Shown: piece by piece, positions 61,627-64,000 of the stretch
How positions within the stretch are numbered: position 1 is the stretch's first letter
Layout of the letters: the number at the start of each line of letters is the position of its first letter
DNA from: Microthyrium microscopicum
Taxonomy: Eukaryota
Direction: 5' to 3'
NCBI GenBank assembly: GCA_010405405.1
Contig: MU004230.1
Location: 3,196,627-3,260,626, forward strand
Length of the DNA stretch: 64,000 nucleotides
Made by a program: the position numbers and the translations under genes
The notes under the pieces: model-generated
Databases searched by the model: none
Seen by the model: only the letters and a program-made list of their open reading frames with translations
Told to the model about the DNA's origin: nothing

Positions 61627-62490
61627 ATGGATCAAATTCCAATAGAAGAAATGGACCGATCGGACGAGCAATGGCAAAGCATATTCGACTCTGTCAAAGC
61701 CGAGCTAGACAGCTCCAGCGACTCGAAGCCAACATCAAATCGTCCACGACTTACGCCAGAGCAACTGGCGCCATTCATCGACCACACCATACTAAAGCTA
61801 GATGCAACCGAAGAACAAGTAGACAAGTTATGTGAAGAAGCAAAACACTGGCACTTTGCAGTAAACCTCTTCCAACTTCTAAATAGCAACATCAACTAAC
61901 CGCCCCAGGCTATCTGCGTCCGCGAGAACTTCGTCGCTCGCGCAAAGAAAAGTCTCCAAGGCACCAACATCCACATAGCCTGCGTCGTAGGCTTCCACGA
62001 AGGCACACAACCAACAGTCTTCAAGCTTGAGGAAGCGTCGAGAGCGATCGCCGCAGGTGCCACAGAGCTGGACATGGTGTTGAACCGCGACCTTCTCAAA
62101 CAGAAACAGTATGCGGCAGTATACGAAGAGCTGAAAGCCATGAGAGATGTGGTGCCAGAACCTGTGGAGTTGAAGTTGATCTTGGAGACGTCAGAGCTAG
62201 ATAAGGCAGAGGTAGTGTATGCTTCTGTGTTGGCAGGGTATGCGGGCTGGGACTATATCAAGACCAGTAGCGGGTTCTGTGGGCGTGGAGCAAGTGTGGA
62301 GGATGTTCGGTTGATGAAGCAGTTAGCAAGCATTCTTGGGAAAACGCAGTCTAAGGAGATGAAAGTGAAGGCATCCGGTGGTATCAGATCATTCAAAGAT
62401 GCAATGGACATGATAGTCTTCGGAGCAAACAGAATAGGGGCAAGCGCTGGTGTCGCAATGATGGAAGAGGCGGTGGAAAAGTCAAAATGA
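61627..62490 (+). CDS. deoC: Deoxyribose-phosphate aldolase (DERA), 2 exons
   Basis: Intron 61861-61908. Motifs: IDHTILK, CVVGFHEG, GATELDMV, LKLILET, IKTSSGF, VKASGGIR, GANRIGAS. Confidence 0.93.
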
Positions 62491-62726
62491 TTTGGGGATA
62501 TAAGGGTATATTTGCAAAATAATAAACCTATCACGTCCGAATAACTACAGGACGGTATCCAACCAGCGCCTCCTATTTCCAAATCAAAGTCTAATTATAC
62601 TAACATTGTCGATGTCATATTGCATCAGTCCCCTTTCTGTTACGATAATTAGACTGTGGCAGCAACTGGCCAGATATCGTCATCATCCAGGCTCGTTTGG
62701 CGGTCCAGCAAGTCCCATTCTCGCTT

Positions 62727-63509
62727 CTAGCGTCTCATGGTGCCTCGATCAGTTTCCACCAAAGGACTGAGTGGAGGCACGTCGTCGTTGTCGTCCTTGT
62801 TGGGATCTTCGTCGAGGTTGGGTGGTAGTGCCCGGAGCCATTCTTTGATGATGCTCGTCTTGATAGCTTGTTCTTCTTCGCTGCTTTCACGACGCCTAGG
62901 TCGCGTGACCAGGCTGGTCAAAGTGCCTTCGAGGGTTTTGGACGAGCGCTTGGTCTTGTTGGCTGTGTTGCGCGCGCTGTAGGCTGGATAGAAGACTTCA
63001 TCGCCTGTCCAGGAACCTGATGAGGATGGCGGGTAAGTTGTGGCCACTGTAGTACCTCTCACAAGAGTCATGTGATCGTCCGCATTTTCAGAAGGGTTTC
63101 GATGGTGATTGGCACTGAACAAATGTGGATTATTGACAGTGGATGTGTGCGGTGGAATGAAGAGATTTCTGAGCGCAGTTGGGTGCTGATTGATGGTCTC
63201 GCCATGAGTGGGTGTAAGTGTTTCGCTCACAGGTCGCGACATGCGTAGGCAAATCGGAGGATTTCTCCTCGCACTCGTGTTCGCTTGGACAAATGGAGCA
63301 CTGCGCTGGATAGGTGTATGAACGTCGCGCTCAGAATAGTTAATGGACGGGAGCCCTGAGGGGAGGAGAGGACGAGACATCTCGAACTCGTCACTCCGAT
63401 CTCCCAGATGTTGCGTCGTGGGTAGAAAGAATGAATCACCTTCGCAGCAGCTGTCAGCGGAAATATTGAAAACTAGTGGGAATGATTTTTTACCCTGAAT
63501 GGCTGCCAT
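62727..63509 (-). CDS. Hypothetical low-complexity protein
   Basis: 260-aa ATG-initiated ORF, Ser/Pro/Thr-rich, ending with IIKEWL..PPLSPLVETDRG. No recognisable domain. Confidence 0.55.
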   Translation of the reverse strand: MAAIQGKKSFPLVFNISADSCCEGDSFFLPTTQHLGDRSDEFEMSRPLLPSGLPSINYSERDVHTPIQRSAPFVQANTSARRNPPICLRMSRPVSETLTPTHGETINQHPTALRNLFIPPHTSTVNNPHLFSANHHRNPSENADDHMTLVRGTTVATTYPPSSSGSWTGDEVFYPAYSARNTANKTKRSSKTLEGTLTSLVTRPRRRESSEEEQAIKTSIIKEWLRALPPNLDEDPNKDDNDDVPPLSPLVETDRGTMRR

Positions 63510-64000
63510 GGTAGTGGTTGGGACCGATCAAGTCTTCGGGAACTAATATAGGTACCACGAGAACAGCGGCGAGGCTGACCTCCTTGGGAAACAGATTAAC
63601 CAGTATATGGAGGGATTTCTGTCCAGCGATAACGAAATCAAAAGAGATTCTTTGCCTCAAAGGATTGCGATTGAGGATTGCTTCATGGCTATGAGATTTA
63701 GCGAGAATGCAAGACTTGAAGATGAGGTCAAGATGTAAATACCATAATATGGGAGGAGCATTCAAGTTGAGTCTCAGTTACGTCCTGGTCCCTTGTGCCT
63801 CCTTCATTGTCTTGTAGGAAAGGGCAAACAGTGCTGGTGTTGGAGGTAAGAGCCATCTGTATCTTACCGATTGGTCTGATGACCGTAGACCAAAGAGATC
63901 TGGATTAAGGATTTGGTGTTAAGTGATCATAAGAACACAGTGAACGCTTTGCTTGTCAAAAAAGATATCATGTACTCAAGTATAAGTGTCTCATAACTTG

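Noticed and set aside
1..64000. tRNA, rRNA, spliceosomal snRNA, TPP riboswitch, CRISPR array
   Set aside because: No convincing signature was found by eye. Absence is not proven without tRNAscan-SE and Infernal runs.

Overview
Gene-dense genomic DNA from a filamentous ascomycete (Pezizomycotina, inferred from short GT-AG introns with CTRAC/CTAAY branch sites and from RIP-type mutation). About 24 protein-coding genes can be modelled by hand-splicing the ORF track. They include RNP and ribosome biogenesis factors (UTP15, PRP24, NOP6, CMS1, Gemin2-like, RSM22), kinetochore genes (CENP-T/cnp20-like, SPC19), mitochondrial genes (SHY1, ATP18, a carrier), Rac GTPase, casein kinase I, deoxyribose-phosphate aldolase, an ICL/PEP-mutase family lyase, and RTA1, BTB and HET-domain proteins. 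Two AT-rich blocks are full-length, RIP-destroyed transposons. One is a 3.17-kb pogo/Tc1-mariner element with 34-bp TIRs and a TA duplication (19778-22949). The other is a 6.9-kb Ty1/copia element with 153-bp LTRs, a CAACA duplication, a half-tRNAiMet PBS and a PPT (52747-59650). The most unusual observations are a tandemly duplicated, synonymously conserved LHQLGQ exon start in the CENP-T-like gene; three alternative in-frame last exons for CK1; an in-frame TAG-ATG junction in a long orphan gene; a reciprocal RIP gradient in the LTRs; and repeated C-rich to G-rich skew flips. No database searches were run. Gene names come from motif recognition only, and no clearly novel multi-gene system could be established from the sequence alone.
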